Source: Verrucomicrobiales bacterium (lineage in GTDB: Bacteria > Verrucomicrobiota > Verrucomicrobiia > Verrucomicrobiales > SLCJ01). From it: DNA of 64,000 nucleotides. Shown here in pieces: positions 18,569 through 28,298 of this stretch; the stretch's first letter is position 1, and each line of letters begins with the position of its first letter. A program made the translations under genes and the position numbers. A model generated the notes under the pieces. It was not told the DNA's origin, ran no database searches, and was given only the letters and a program-made list of their open reading frames with translations. Location: positions 1 to 64,000 of the forward strand of contig JBJTQJ010000002.1 of NCBI GenBank assembly GCA_046075565.1. Direction: 5' to 3'.

Positions 18569-18984
18569 GCGGGCTTGACGAGCATCGGAGCGGGCGGATG
18601 ATGGTTCGGATCATCGAGAATGGTCGCGAACTCGAAATCAATCAGGCAGAATCGCCCGTCGGTCTGGCGGTAGGTCACGTTGCGCACCGCCTGATCATCA
18701 TGCCGAACGCCGAAAGTCTCCAGCTCCTCGAAAAGGGATTTCATCTTCTCGGGAGAAAGGTGATCCACGCGTTTCCCGCAGTTGGATGTGACGAGGCGCA
18801 ATTTTTCCGGTTTGGTTTCCAGCACCCTCGGCACGAAAGGACATCCTCGTGATTCAAGGTATCGGAGCACGAGAATCTCATTCTCGAAGCGCTCTTTCGC
18901 CTCGTGGCCACGGAACGTCTTGTGCACCCGGCCGTCATAGCCGATGTGCACCGTCGCCCGGGCCGTGTCTTTGACTTCTTGCAT
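18565..18984 (-). CDS. Minimal (139 aa) protein-kinase-like protein
   Basis: VHK (beta3 Lys), ENE (alphaC Glu), VPRV, HDDQAVRNV (catalytic loop D-x4-N) and LIDFEFA; overlaps the phosphatase start (ATGA). Confidence 0.75.
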   Translation of the reverse strand: MQEVKDTARATVHIGYDGRVHKTFRGHEAKERFENEILVLRYLESRGCPFVPRVLETKPEKLRLVTSNCGKRVDHLSPEKMKSLFEELETFGVRHDDQAVRNVTYRQTDGRFCLIDFEFATILDDPNHHPPAPMLVKPA

Positions 18985-19120
18985 GATTGGTATCGATTCC
19001 CGGGCATGATGGCGGATTCCAACGGCCGCGGCAAGAGGAAAGGAAGGAAGCGGGAAAGCCGGACTTCAAGGGTCGGACCATCAGGCGATTCTCAAAGCGC
19101 TATTTTTTTGGGAAGCGTGT

Positions 19121-19315
19121 GTGTGGGACTGCGGCGGGAAGCGAAGCGCCACGCCGCTTTGGCAAAGGACTCTCCACTCCCAAAGCGCCGTCGCGGCCGG
19201 CGCACTCCAAAACTTTGGCGGAACATCGGCAGGATGGGTCGATGGGCATCCTGGCTTGACGGGCCATATGAATTCGCTTTCTCGCCAATCCCAAGTCGAT
19301 TGCACCGCACTCCAG
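19121..19315. repeat. Cluster of REP/MITE-like palindromic elements
   Basis: GGACTGCGGC...GCCGCTTTGG (19126-19162) is inverted against CCAAAGCGCC...GGCGCACTCC (19180-19208). A further CCGCACTCCA copy lies near 19305. Confidence 0.6.
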
Positions 19316-19491
19316 AGCCTCCGGCGGTTGTGCTTGAGTCGATTCGTAATCCAAAGCAGGAATCTCCGTGACGACTTTGCCTGTGGGCGCCGCAGGCTTT
19401 CGGACTGCTGGGATTCTTCCCAGCTTTTTGGGGAGAGGCAGCTATACCCTAAGAGCGGTGGAGGGAACGCCACGCTGACGACGCCCAAGCC

Positions 19492-20631
19492 TCACGCTCC
19501 AATGGCCTCAGCCACGGCTTGTGCGGCGCGGTGGTGGGCACCGGGACCGCCGAGGCTGGCCACGACGGCCGCGAGGTCTTGTTGCTGCCGGGCATTTTCC
19601 TCCGGATGGGCGAGGCGTTTGGCCATCCAACCGGCGAGGGCATCGGGTGTCAGATCATCCTGGATTAATTCCGGCACAATACCTTTGTCGGCGAGGATGT
19701 TGGCAATCCCGAGGTAGGGGACACGCACGAGCATTCGCCCGACGAGATAGGTCGAACGGGCAACCCGATAGACGAGGCAATAGGGCAGGCCAAGGAAGGC
19801 TGCTTCGAGGGTGGCGGTGCCGGAGGCGACGGCGCCGATGCCACAGCGTCGCATCCAAAGGCGCGAGTTGCCGATTACCAGCTCGACTTTATCCGCAAGC
19901 CCTGCGGATTCGATCATGGCGCGCATCGGTTCGGCCATTTTCTCCGAGGCAGCGGATGCCATGTGACGGAGCTCCGGATGCGATTGTGCGAGTTTCCCTA
20001 TGGCTCCGAGCATGACGGGAAAATGTTGATCAATCTCGCGGCGGCGGCTGCCGGGAAACCATCCGGCAAGTCCTTGATCACGTTCGACCGGTTCGGCGAG
20101 GACAGGCGCGAGTTCATCGACGAGCGGATGTCCGATGAATTCCGTGGGCAGGCCGGATTGTTCATACATTTCCTTCTCGAAAGGAAAGATGCACAACATG
20201 CGGTCGAGCAGGGCGGCCATACGCGGGATGCGTCCGCGGTTCCAGGCCCAAACCTGGGGCGAAATGTAGTAGACGAGTTTGGTTCTCCGGCGCAACGGCT
20301 GGAGGCGGTTCGCGAGGCGGAGGTTGAAGCCGGGGTAATCGATAAAAACGACGGCGTCCGGTTGCCAGCGGTTGATATCAGCGACGGTTTCCTCCATGCG
20401 GCGGGCGAACCATCCGTATTTTTTCAGGACCTCGACCAGACCGAGCACGCCTGCTTCCTCGACCCAATCGTCCACGCCACCATCGGTGGCGGCGGCCATG
20501 AGCGGTCCGCCAAGGCCGCGGATTTCCAGACCGGGGACGAGATCCATGAGGTCGCGGGCGAGGGCGGCTCCGTGGGCGTCGCCGCTGCGTTCACCCGAAA
20601 CGAGGAAGACGCGCGGTGGTTTCGCGGTCAT
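19492..20631 (-). CDS. lpxB: Lipid-A-disaccharide synthase
   Basis: SGERSGD, IDYPGFN, YYISPQVWAW, IFPFE, GHPL, PGSR and SGTATLE. Confidence 0.97.
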   Translation of the reverse strand: MTAKPPRVFLVSGERSGDAHGAALARDLMDLVPGLEIRGLGGPLMAAATDGGVDDWVEEAGVLGLVEVLKKYGWFARRMEETVADINRWQPDAVVFIDYPGFNLRLANRLQPLRRRTKLVYYISPQVWAWNRGRIPRMAALLDRMLCIFPFEKEMYEQSGLPTEFIGHPLVDELAPVLAEPVERDQGLAGWFPGSRRREIDQHFPVMLGAIGKLAQSHPELRHMASAASEKMAEPMRAMIESAGLADKVELVIGNSRLWMRRCGIGAVASGTATLEAAFLGLPYCLVYRVARSTYLVGRMLVRVPYLGIANILADKGIVPELIQDDLTPDALAGWMAKRLAHPEENARQQQDLAAVVASLGGPGAHHRAAQAVAEAIGA

Positions 20632-21554
20632 GGTTTTCTTCCTTGTTCGACGAGCCGGGTGATTTCGATGGCGAGGTCGAGGGCGGCGGCTCCTTCTTGG
20701 CCGGAGACCCGTGGGCGGCGGCCTTCGCGCGCGCAGGCGACGAATTCAGCCAGTTCGACGGCAAGTGGCTCGCGTTTTTCAATTTCCACTTCCTCGCGCA
20801 GGAGTCCGCCGGGTCCCTTGCGCATGAGATAACCACTTTGATCCATGTAATCGAGGGAGAGATAGGTATCCTCTTGGAAGACCCGGATCTTGCGAAGGCG
20901 GTCGGTGCTGATGCGGCTGGCCGTGATGTTGGCCACACAGCCGTTCTCGAAACGCAAGCGCGCATTGGCGATGTCCTCGCGGGTCGTGAGCACGGGCACG
21001 CCGACGGCATCGACACTGGCGACGGGCGAACGCACGAGATGGAGGATGATTTCCAGATCGTGAATCATCAGGTCGAGCACGACACCGATGTCCGTGCTGC
21101 GGCCCGGGAAAGGAGAGAGGCGGCTGGCTTCGATGAATCGCGGGGTGCCGAGTTTGGCCTCGAGTTCGCGCAGGACGGGATTGTAACGTTCGATATGGCC
21201 GACCTGCAGGACGAGCGAACGTTCGCGGGCGAGTTCGACCAGGGCGAGGGCGTCGTCGCGGTTGTCGGCGATGGGTTTTTCCACGAGCACGTGTTTGCCG
21301 GCTTCGAGCAGCCGACCGGCTACCTCGCGGTGCGCGATGGTCGGCACGGCCACGCTGGCCACATCGACCATGGAAATGAATTCCTCCAAAGTGGCGGCTA
21401 CGGGCGCGCCGAGTGGACCGGCGATTTCGCCGGCGCGGGCGGTGTCGGTATCGAAGACAGCGGCCAGCGTGACTCCGGGCAATCCGGCATAGACGCGGGC
21501 GTGGTTGCGACCAATGCCGCCTGTTCCGATGACGCCGGCGCGCGTGGGATTCAT
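20628..21554 (-). CDS. Gfo/Idh/MocA oxidoreductase, possibly GnnA (UDP-GlcNAc 3-dehydrogenase)
   Basis: GVIGTGGIG, LVEKP, VGHIERYNP and DLMIHD; coupled to lpxB. Confidence 0.88.
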   Translation of the reverse strand: MNPTRAGVIGTGGIGRNHARVYAGLPGVTLAAVFDTDTARAGEIAGPLGAPVAATLEEFISMVDVASVAVPTIAHREVAGRLLEAGKHVLVEKPIADNRDDALALVELARERSLVLQVGHIERYNPVLRELEAKLGTPRFIEASRLSPFPGRSTDIGVVLDLMIHDLEIILHLVRSPVASVDAVGVPVLTTREDIANARLRFENGCVANITASRISTDRLRKIRVFQEDTYLSLDYMDQSGYLMRKGPGGLLREEVEIEKREPLAVELAEFVACAREGRRPRVSGQEGAAALDLAIEITRLVEQGRKP

Positions 21555-21576
21555 CTCCGAATTGGTGGTCGCGGGC

Positions 21577-22671
21577 TCAGCTCACGCGCATGGGCATGAT
21601 CACGTAGAGGAAGGAACCGGCCACCCGCAGGACACCCGGGCTGATCTCGTCGGTGAGGTCGAGGAAAATCTCGTCTTCGTCGAGGTTGGACAGCGGCTGG
21701 ATGAGAAACTCGGGATTGAAGGCGATGGCGAATTGGGCGCCGGAATATTTCACGGGCACACTTTCGCGCGCTTCTCCAACGTCGTGCGACGAGGAAAGCA
21801 CCTCGATGTTATCGGCGCCGAAGGCCATCCGCACCGAGTTGAGCTTGTCGGTGGCGAGGAGAGATACGCGTTTGACGGTGGTGAGGATTTCCTCGCGGTT
21901 GAGCACGATGCGCTCTTTCGATTTCGCGGGGATGACCTGGCGGTAGTTCGGGTAGTTGCCTTCGATGAGTTTGCTCACCAGCACGGCATCATTGACCTCG
22001 AAGGCGATCTGGCTGTCGCTCACATAGAGGCGGGCTTCACCTTCGTCGCCGAGCAGGCGCTGGATTTCAGCGACGGCCTTGGCGGGAATGATGATGTCGA
22101 TTTCCTGGCTCTGCGGGAATTCGAGCTCTTCTTCAACCATGGCGAGGCGGCGGCCATCGGTGGCAACCAAGGTCAGTTTCCCATCACGGAAGGAAGCAAA
22201 GATCCCGTTGAGCACATAACGAGTTTCGTCGTTCGAGATGGCATACGACGTCTTGCGCAGGCCGTCCTTGAGTTTCTTCTGCGCGACGCGGAACTCACGG
22301 CTGTCGTGGAAGTCGGGCAGACGCGGGAATTCATCGGCATTGAGGCCGTGGATTTTAAAGAAGCTAGGGCCGGACTTGATGGAAGCGTGGTCCTTGCCAT
22401 CGACTTCGACGGAAATCTCGTTGGCGGGCATTTCCCGCACGATGCCGACGAGTTTGCGTGCGGGCAAGGTGGTCGAACCTTCCTTCTCGATGTCGGCTTT
22501 CACGATGCCGCTCACCCCGACGTCGAGGTCAGTGGTGGTGAGGCGGAGTTCGCCGTCCTGCGCTTCAAGCATGACGTTCGAGAGGATGGGCAACGTGGCT
22601 TTGGAACTGACCACGTGTTGGACTTGCGACAGGCCTTGCAGGAAGTCTTCCTTGGTAATCCGGAATTTCAT
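21577..22671 (-). CDS. dnaN: DNA polymerase III beta sliding clamp
   Basis: TLPILSN, TDLD, ETRYVLNG, VATDGRRL, LIEGNYPNY and VIMPMR. Confidence 0.98.
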   Translation of the reverse strand: MKFRITKEDFLQGLSQVQHVVSSKATLPILSNVMLEAQDGELRLTTTDLDVGVSGIVKADIEKEGSTTLPARKLVGIVREMPANEISVEVDGKDHASIKSGPSFFKIHGLNADEFPRLPDFHDSREFRVAQKKLKDGLRKTSYAISNDETRYVLNGIFASFRDGKLTLVATDGRRLAMVEEELEFPQSQEIDIIIPAKAVAEIQRLLGDEGEARLYVSDSQIAFEVNDAVLVSKLIEGNYPNYRQVIPAKSKERIVLNREEILTTVKRVSLLATDKLNSVRMAFGADNIEVLSSSHDVGEARESVPVKYSGAQFAIAFNPEFLIQPLSNLDEDEIFLDLTDEISPGVLRVAGSFLYVIMPMRVS

Positions 22672-22953
22672 GCCTGAACCATGCACATTTCCGGCCAATG
22701 TGAAAGGAAAATTCATCCGGTGGCCCTCAGAAATCTTTCGGCCACAAGATATTGGGCCTAACCCCTCCCGAGCACCCCCGAACCACAACCGGCGGGGGGC
22801 GTGGTGCCTAATCCTGTCCGTTCCGAAGAGGTATCGCTGGAAATTTCTTCGCCTCCGCCCCATCCGTCGGGGCAAAAGTGTGACAGTTTTGCTGTTACCA
22901 CCTCGGAAACCCGAGGGGATCCGGCCTTGTGAAGTCGGCCGGGGCCGGGCGGA

Positions 22954-24390
22954 TTATCCGCGTTTGAGGGTGTCTTCAAGCCGACCGATGGCGAGGCGGG
23001 TATTGACGTCGGAATTCAGCAGGGTTTCGACGCGGCGGCAGGCGTGGATGACGGTTCCATGGTCGCGCCCGCCGAAAGTTTCCCCGATTTCCGCGAGGGA
23101 GTTGTCGGTCATCTCGCGGGCCAGATACATCGCAATCTGCCTAGGTAAAACGATATGGGCAGGACGGCGTTTGCTGGTCATGTCGGCCAGGCGGATGTCG
23201 AAATGTTCGGCCACCAGGCGCTGGATGGCGTCGATGGTGATGCCGGAACCGCTTTCTTCCTGGAGGAAGTCGCGCAGCATGGTCTCGCAGACGCGCGGCG
23301 TGAGGCGTTCTCCGCTCAGCGACGCGTAGGTGGCGAGGCGGGTGAGGGCGCCTTCAAGGCGGCGGATGTTGTTGCGGATGCCGGCTGCGATAAACGAGAC
23401 GATATCGTCGGGCAACTGCACGCCCCACTGCTCGGCCTTGTGGCGGAGAATGGCGATGCGGGTTTCCTCATCGGGCGCTTGCAGCTCGGCGGTCAGGCCC
23501 CATTCGAAGCGGGAGATAAGGCGCGGCTCGAGATTCTTGATTTCGCTGGCCGGTCGGTCGCTGGTGAGCACGATTTGTTTCTGGCCGTCGAGCAGGGTGT
23601 TGAAGGTATGGAAAAATTCTTCTTGGGAACGCTCTTTTCCGCCGAGGAACTGGACGTCGTCGAGAAGCAGGACATCGGCGCGTCGGCATTTTTCGCGGAA
23701 GGTTCCCACGGCATTGCGGCGGATGGCCTCGATGAATTCGTTGGTGAACATCTCCGAGGTCATGTAGAGCACACGCATCCGGCGGCGGCTGCGGAGGAGT
23801 TTGTGCCCGATGGCCTGCATGAGGTGGGTCTTGCCGAGACCGACGCCGCCGTGGAGGAAAAGGGGATTGTAGCTGCCGCCGGGGGCGCGTCCCACGCTGA
23901 GAGCGGCCGCATGGGCGAAGCGGTTGTTCGCGCCGACGACGAAGGCGGAGAAAGTATTGGCCACTTTGAGGCCGACCTCGCCCACGCGCTTGAGATAGAC
24001 CTCGTCGCTGGCCGCCGCGCCGTGATGAGCAACCGGTGGAGTCTCCTGATCGCTGGTCGCCGGCGGCTTGCGGTGCGGAGGCTCGGCATGTTCGGCACGG
24101 CGATCCGCCGGAGTTTCGTTGGTTGCCTTGGGCGTTTCCACGGTGAAACGCACTCGCCGCACCGGTTGGTCGTCGCTCCTGTCGGCGCTGATGGCCTCGC
24201 GCACGATATCGAAATAATTGCTCTCCAGCCACCATTGCTGGAAATCATTGGGAAGCGCGATCACCGCTTGTTCATCGGCAATCTCGATGAGGCGGGCCCC
24301 GTCGAAGAATCGCTCGAAGCTCTCCTGGCCGAGCCGCGACTGTAGTCGGTCGCTGGCACGCGCCCATAGTCCATCCAATCCAGACGTCAT
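22954..24390 (-). CDS. dnaA: Chromosomal replication initiator DnaA
   Basis: YNPLFLHGGVGLGKTHL, DDVQF, QEEFFHTFN, TSDRP, NIRRLEG and GGRDHGTV. Confidence 0.98.
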   Translation of the reverse strand: MTSGLDGLWARASDRLQSRLGQESFERFFDGARLIEIADEQAVIALPNDFQQWWLESNYFDIVREAISADRSDDQPVRRVRFTVETPKATNETPADRRAEHAEPPHRKPPATSDQETPPVAHHGAAASDEVYLKRVGEVGLKVANTFSAFVVGANNRFAHAAALSVGRAPGGSYNPLFLHGGVGLGKTHLMQAIGHKLLRSRRRMRVLYMTSEMFTNEFIEAIRRNAVGTFREKCRRADVLLLDDVQFLGGKERSQEEFFHTFNTLLDGQKQIVLTSDRPASEIKNLEPRLISRFEWGLTAELQAPDEETRIAILRHKAEQWGVQLPDDIVSFIAAGIRNNIRRLEGALTRLATYASLSGERLTPRVCETMLRDFLQEESGSGITIDAIQRLVAEHFDIRLADMTSKRRPAHIVLPRQIAMYLAREMTDNSLAEIGETFGGRDHGTVIHACRRVETLLNSDVNTRLAIGRLEDTLKRG

Positions 24391-24804
24391 CCGATCAGCG
24401 CCCTTTCCCTTGAAGAAGATGCATGGTTGAAAGGTTTGTGCGACGGCCCGCGACCGCACGGGTGGCGGTCGAATCAACGATGCTAATCTGCTTCATGGTG
24501 GGGAGAGAGTGAAAAGTTGCGAGGTTGAGACGGGGATCGATAAGTCCGTCCTCCAGAATGATAAAAATCTTTCCGCGTTCGACAAGAGAATTTATGAATT
24601 TTTTCGTGCGGAGGGTGTGCCTAACATCATCATGATACCTTAACAAATTCGCCAAGCCTCATAAATGGGGGGGTTGCGGGGCAGCGCGCGCGAATCAAGG
24701 AAAAATAAAAATTTTCTGCCCTCTGATTCATCAGCGGAGGGAAATCCGGGAAAGATCCCGCCACACGCTGCACGTAACCCTGGAAGCAATTCACCTTCAA
24801 TCCC

Positions 24805-26262
24805 ATGCGCCGCCGATCATTTCTCACCCGCGCCGCCGCCGTGACTTCGGTGGCGGGTTCCGTTTTGTCCGCCACCAGCCGCGGCCAAGGTCGGGGAGCG
24901 AACGACGAGGTCCGCGTCGCGGTCATCGGTTGCGGATCCCGCGGCCCGCAAGTAGCGCTCAAGGATCTCCCGAAGGCGAACAACGCGAAGGTGGTGGCGG
25001 TTTGTGACGTGGATCCCTCTCATGCCCGGGATCTCGCCTCCAAATGCGGAAACGTGCCGATGGAAACCGATTACCGCAAGGTGCTCGAACGCAAGGATGT
25101 GGACGCCGTCATCATCGCGACACCGAATCACACCCACGTCCTTATCGCCGCCGCCGCTTGCGTCGCGGGCAAGGATGTTTATGTGGAGAAGCCTCTTTCA
25201 CACAACATCCGGGAGGGGCGTTACCTCACCGAAATCGCCCGTAAAACCGGACGGATTGTCCAGGTTGGATTGCAGAACAGTTCCGACAAAGGACTGATGC
25301 CCGCGAAAGAATTCTACCAATCGGGGGCGCTGGGAGCGCCCAAGGCGGTCCACGTTTTCTGGTATCGCACCCGCAACCCAATCGGCAAAGTTAGGAAACC
25401 GACTCCTGTGCCAAAAGAAATCGACTATGATCTCTTCCAGGGGCCGCGCCCGCTCGGTCCGCTCATGCGCGAGAACCTGCATTACGATTGGCACTGGTTG
25501 TGGCAAACCGGCAATGGCGAGGTCGGCAACACCCTCGTTCACAACATCGATCACACCCGCATTTTGCTAGGCCTTCAAGGGCATGCGACGGCCGTTCGCA
25601 GCGTCGGAGGTCGAATCGGGTGGGACGACGATGGAGAGACGCCGAACACCTTCCTCGCCGCCGTGAAATTCCCTGGTTGGGACGTTCCCTTCACCTGCGA
25701 GTCCCGCAACCTTCCCTTTTCGAATGAGCGCAAGGAAATGGATTCACGTTTCATGCGGCGGACCGTGGGCACCATCGTATTTTGCGAGAACGGATGGCTT
25801 TATTTCGACCGGGGTGGCGGCGCTGCCTTCGGAAAGGATGATAAGGAAATCAAACGTTTCCCTGGCGACGCCGGCGCGACCCACATGGCGAATTTCATCG
25901 ATGCCGTGCGGTCACGCGACGAGAAGAGCCTCAGGCGGGGAGTCGAGGAGGGGCACTTTTCAAGTTGTGTTGCCCACATGGCCAATATTTCCCACCTTAC
26001 CGGCGAACATGGTCATACCATCGAATCGGTGGAAAAAGAAGCCCCCCAGGAAATCCTGAGTGCCACCGAGGCCTGGAAGTCTTTTAAGGAGCACATCGGG
26101 GCTGTTAATGTCGATCTCACCCGCACTCCGCTCACCCTCGGGGCCAGCCTGCAATTCGATCCCACGAGCGAATCCTTCCTCGAAACATCCGAACAGGGAA
26201 GAATGGCAAACTACCTGATTGATGAAGTGTATCGCCCGCCATTCACGATGCCAAAAGTATGA
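24805..26262 (+). CDS. Tat-exported Gfo/Idh/MocA oxidoreductase
   Basis: MRRRSFL Tat signal, VIGCGSRG, ATPNHTH, YVEKP and HNID. Confidence 0.9.
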   Translation: MRRRSFLTRAAAVTSVAGSVLSATSRGQGRGANDEVRVAVIGCGSRGPQVALKDLPKANNAKVVAVCDVDPSHARDLASKCGNVPMETDYRKVLERKDVDAVIIATPNHTHVLIAAAACVAGKDVYVEKPLSHNIREGRYLTEIARKTGRIVQVGLQNSSDKGLMPAKEFYQSGALGAPKAVHVFWYRTRNPIGKVRKPTPVPKEIDYDLFQGPRPLGPLMRENLHYDWHWLWQTGNGEVGNTLVHNIDHTRILLGLQGHATAVRSVGGRIGWDDDGETPNTFLAAVKFPGWDVPFTCESRNLPFSNERKEMDSRFMRRTVGTIVFCENGWLYFDRGGGAAFGKDDKEIKRFPGDAGATHMANFIDAVRSRDEKSLRRGVEEGHFSSCVAHMANISHLTGEHGHTIESVEKEAPQEILSATEAWKSFKEHIGAVNVDLTRTPLTLGASLQFDPTSESFLETSEQGRMANYLIDEVYRPPFTMPKV

Positions 26263-26388
26263 TTCCATGTGCTGAAATAGCCTTGCCGGAGACGAATTTT
26301 CTCCCGCGTGTTCAAAAAATATCCACCCGAATCTGGAACATTTCCTTGACGAATGGCCCATGGCCACGTTTGCTGAGCCTCTAGTCCT

Positions 26389-27261
26389 ATGGAAAACATT
26401 CTCATCGATCCAACACCTGAGCGGACCATTCTGGATCTGCGGAAGTCCGGGTTTCAGGACGTGGTGGTGGTAGGGCGCTACGAGTATACGAAGGCTCATC
26501 CGCCGCTCGAGACGCACAACCATGGTCCGATTCTGGAAATTTCCTTTCTCGAACGTGGCGAACAAACCTATGTGGTGGGCGGTAAGGAATACCACATGCG
26601 CGGCGGGGATGTTTTTGTAACCCAGCCGAACGAGTTGCACGGCACGGGACCTTATCCGGAAGGCAAGGGTGTGATGTTCTGGATGTTGATCCGCCTCGTC
26701 GAGAATGCCGAAACGCTGCTCGACCTTCCGGCGCGCGAGGGGATGGGACTGATGGAGAAACTGCGCGGCTTGCCCCACCATTTCCGGAGCCACCGGAGCT
26801 TGCGTGAAACCCTCTACCGTATCTTTGAAGTGCACGGTCGCGATGCCGGCACGCTGCAGATTCTCAACGTCCGCAACCTGCTCATCCGTTATCTGCTCGA
26901 TGTGGTTCACTCCGCCGAACGCGAGGATCAGAGCCAGATCAGCCCGGAAATCCTCGAAGTGATGCGTTATGTGCGGGAGAACCTCGAACTCAATTTCATG
27001 CTCGAGGATCTGGCCGGGCGCGTCGGTCTGTCCGTGTCCCGTTTCAAGGCACGCTTCAAGGATGAGGTAGGCGTGCCCCCGGCGGATTATGTTTCCCGGC
27101 AGAAAGTCTCGAAAGCCATGGACTTGCTGCGGAAAACGGGGATGCCCATCACCCAGATTGCGACCAGCCTCGGTTACTCGTCCAGCCAGTATTTCGCGAC
27201 GGCATTTCGGCGTTATACCGGCAAGACCCCCAGTCATGCCCGGCGCGAGGCTTACAATTGA
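26389..27261 (+). CDS. AraC-family transcriptional regulator (cupin sensor domain)
   Basis: HNH...EI...G cupin; C-terminal LAGRVGLS..RF...FK and IATSLGYSSSQYFATAFRRYTGKTP. Confidence 0.95.
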   Translation: MENILIDPTPERTILDLRKSGFQDVVVVGRYEYTKAHPPLETHNHGPILEISFLERGEQTYVVGGKEYHMRGGDVFVTQPNELHGTGPYPEGKGVMFWMLIRLVENAETLLDLPAREGMGLMEKLRGLPHHFRSHRSLRETLYRIFEVHGRDAGTLQILNVRNLLIRYLLDVVHSAEREDQSQISPEILEVMRYVRENLELNFMLEDLAGRVGLSVSRFKARFKDEVGVPPADYVSRQKVSKAMDLLRKTGMPITQIATSLGYSSSQYFATAFRRYTGKTPSHARREAYN

Positions 27262-27268
27262 TCAGCAC

Positions 27269-27829
27269 ATGTCCCCCCGCCGCACCATCGTCCTCGCCTT
27301 GCCCGCTTGCCTCGCTTTGCTGTTGTGCTCCTGCGGGGTTTCCAAGGAAAAAATGGAACGTGCGGAGTCCGAGAATTACCGTCTTTACAGCGACAAACAG
27401 AAACTTGAGGACGAAAACCGGAAATTACGCGGCGAGGTCGAAGTCGAAAAGGCGCAGTGCGAGCGGTTGGACCAGGAGGTCAAGGAAAACAGGGCAAAAA
27501 TCGAGACGCTGCGCAAGGAACTCGATCAATCGAAGGAAGCTTACGAGAGTTACCGTCGCGAGTTCCAATTGCAATCGCGGGTGCGCGCCGTAGGCCAGGA
27601 ATTGGAAAGCCTCGCCATCACCTCGGGCCGTGTCTATCAAGGGGTGAAAATCCGCGCCGTCCTGCGCGACTCCATTGTTTTCACCCACACGGATGGCCAG
27701 GCCCGCTTGCCCATCAAAAACCTCGGCGAAAAATGGATGAAACGGTTTGATGTCGGTGAATCGGAACCTGTCTGCGTGCTCGACGAGGAAGTGCTCAAGG
27801 AAGCCTGCGCTGCAGCCGCCAAACTTTGA
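27269..27829 (+). CDS. Hypothetical coiled-coil lipoprotein
   Basis: LLCSC lipobox and heptad-rich middle region; C-terminal GRVYQGVKI...FTHTDG. Confidence 0.7.
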   Translation: MSPRRTIVLALPACLALLLCSCGVSKEKMERAESENYRLYSDKQKLEDENRKLRGEVEVEKAQCERLDQEVKENRAKIETLRKELDQSKEAYESYRREFQLQSRVRAVGQELESLAITSGRVYQGVKIRAVLRDSIVFTHTDGQARLPIKNLGEKWMKRFDVGESEPVCVLDEEVLKEACAAAAKL

Positions 27830-27881
27830 CGCGGGGGACGGAGTCCATGCTCCTGGTCACGAAAAGGGTGAGAGATATTGA

Positions 27882-28298
27882 CTACCGCATTTCCAGCACC
27901 CCGACCAATTCATCGGTTGTGACAACCGGCACGGGACTCCGTTTGAATCCGGATTTGTCATTCGTCACGATGTAATCCGCCCCACCCGCGATGGCAGCGG
28001 AGATTTGCAGGGCGTCTTCAAAATCATTATGAAGGAAGGTGAAAGCTTCCAGGGCATGACGGGACCCGGTTTCCGGCACGAGGTATTCTTTCAGCAGATG
28101 GCGAAGTGCGGAGTGGATTTGCGTTTTCCCAAACGCCTTCGCTCCCACGAATTCGACAATCGACAGCGTGTGCCATGAGCAAATGACAACCGCTTTGTGG
28201 CGGTTGAGACACTTCTCGAGTTCCACGACGCCGGCGTGGCCATCCCGTCGGTCGTCGAGCTGGTCGAGCACGATATTGGTGTCAAAAAAGACCCGCAT
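27882..28298 (-). CDS. PIN-domain (VapC-like) toxin
   Basis: VFFDTNIVLD, DFEDALQ and IVTND. Confidence 0.9.
   Translation of the reverse strand: MRVFFDTNIVLDQLDDRRDGHAGVVELEKCLNRHKAVVICSWHTLSIVEFVGAKAFGKTQIHSALRHLLKEYLVPETGSRHALEAFTFLHNDFEDALQISAAIAGGADYIVTNDKSGFKRSPVPVVTTDELVGVLEMR

Noticed and set aside
22672..22953. oriC or ncRNA call for the dnaA-dnaN spacer
   Set aside because: Several GC hairpins are present, but no canonical DnaA boxes or recognisable RNA family; not enough to annotate.
19963..24345. Long + strand ORFs opposite lpxB, Gfo/Idh/MocA, dnaN and dnaA
   Set aside because: Mirror-frame shadows of clearly conserved minus-strand genes.
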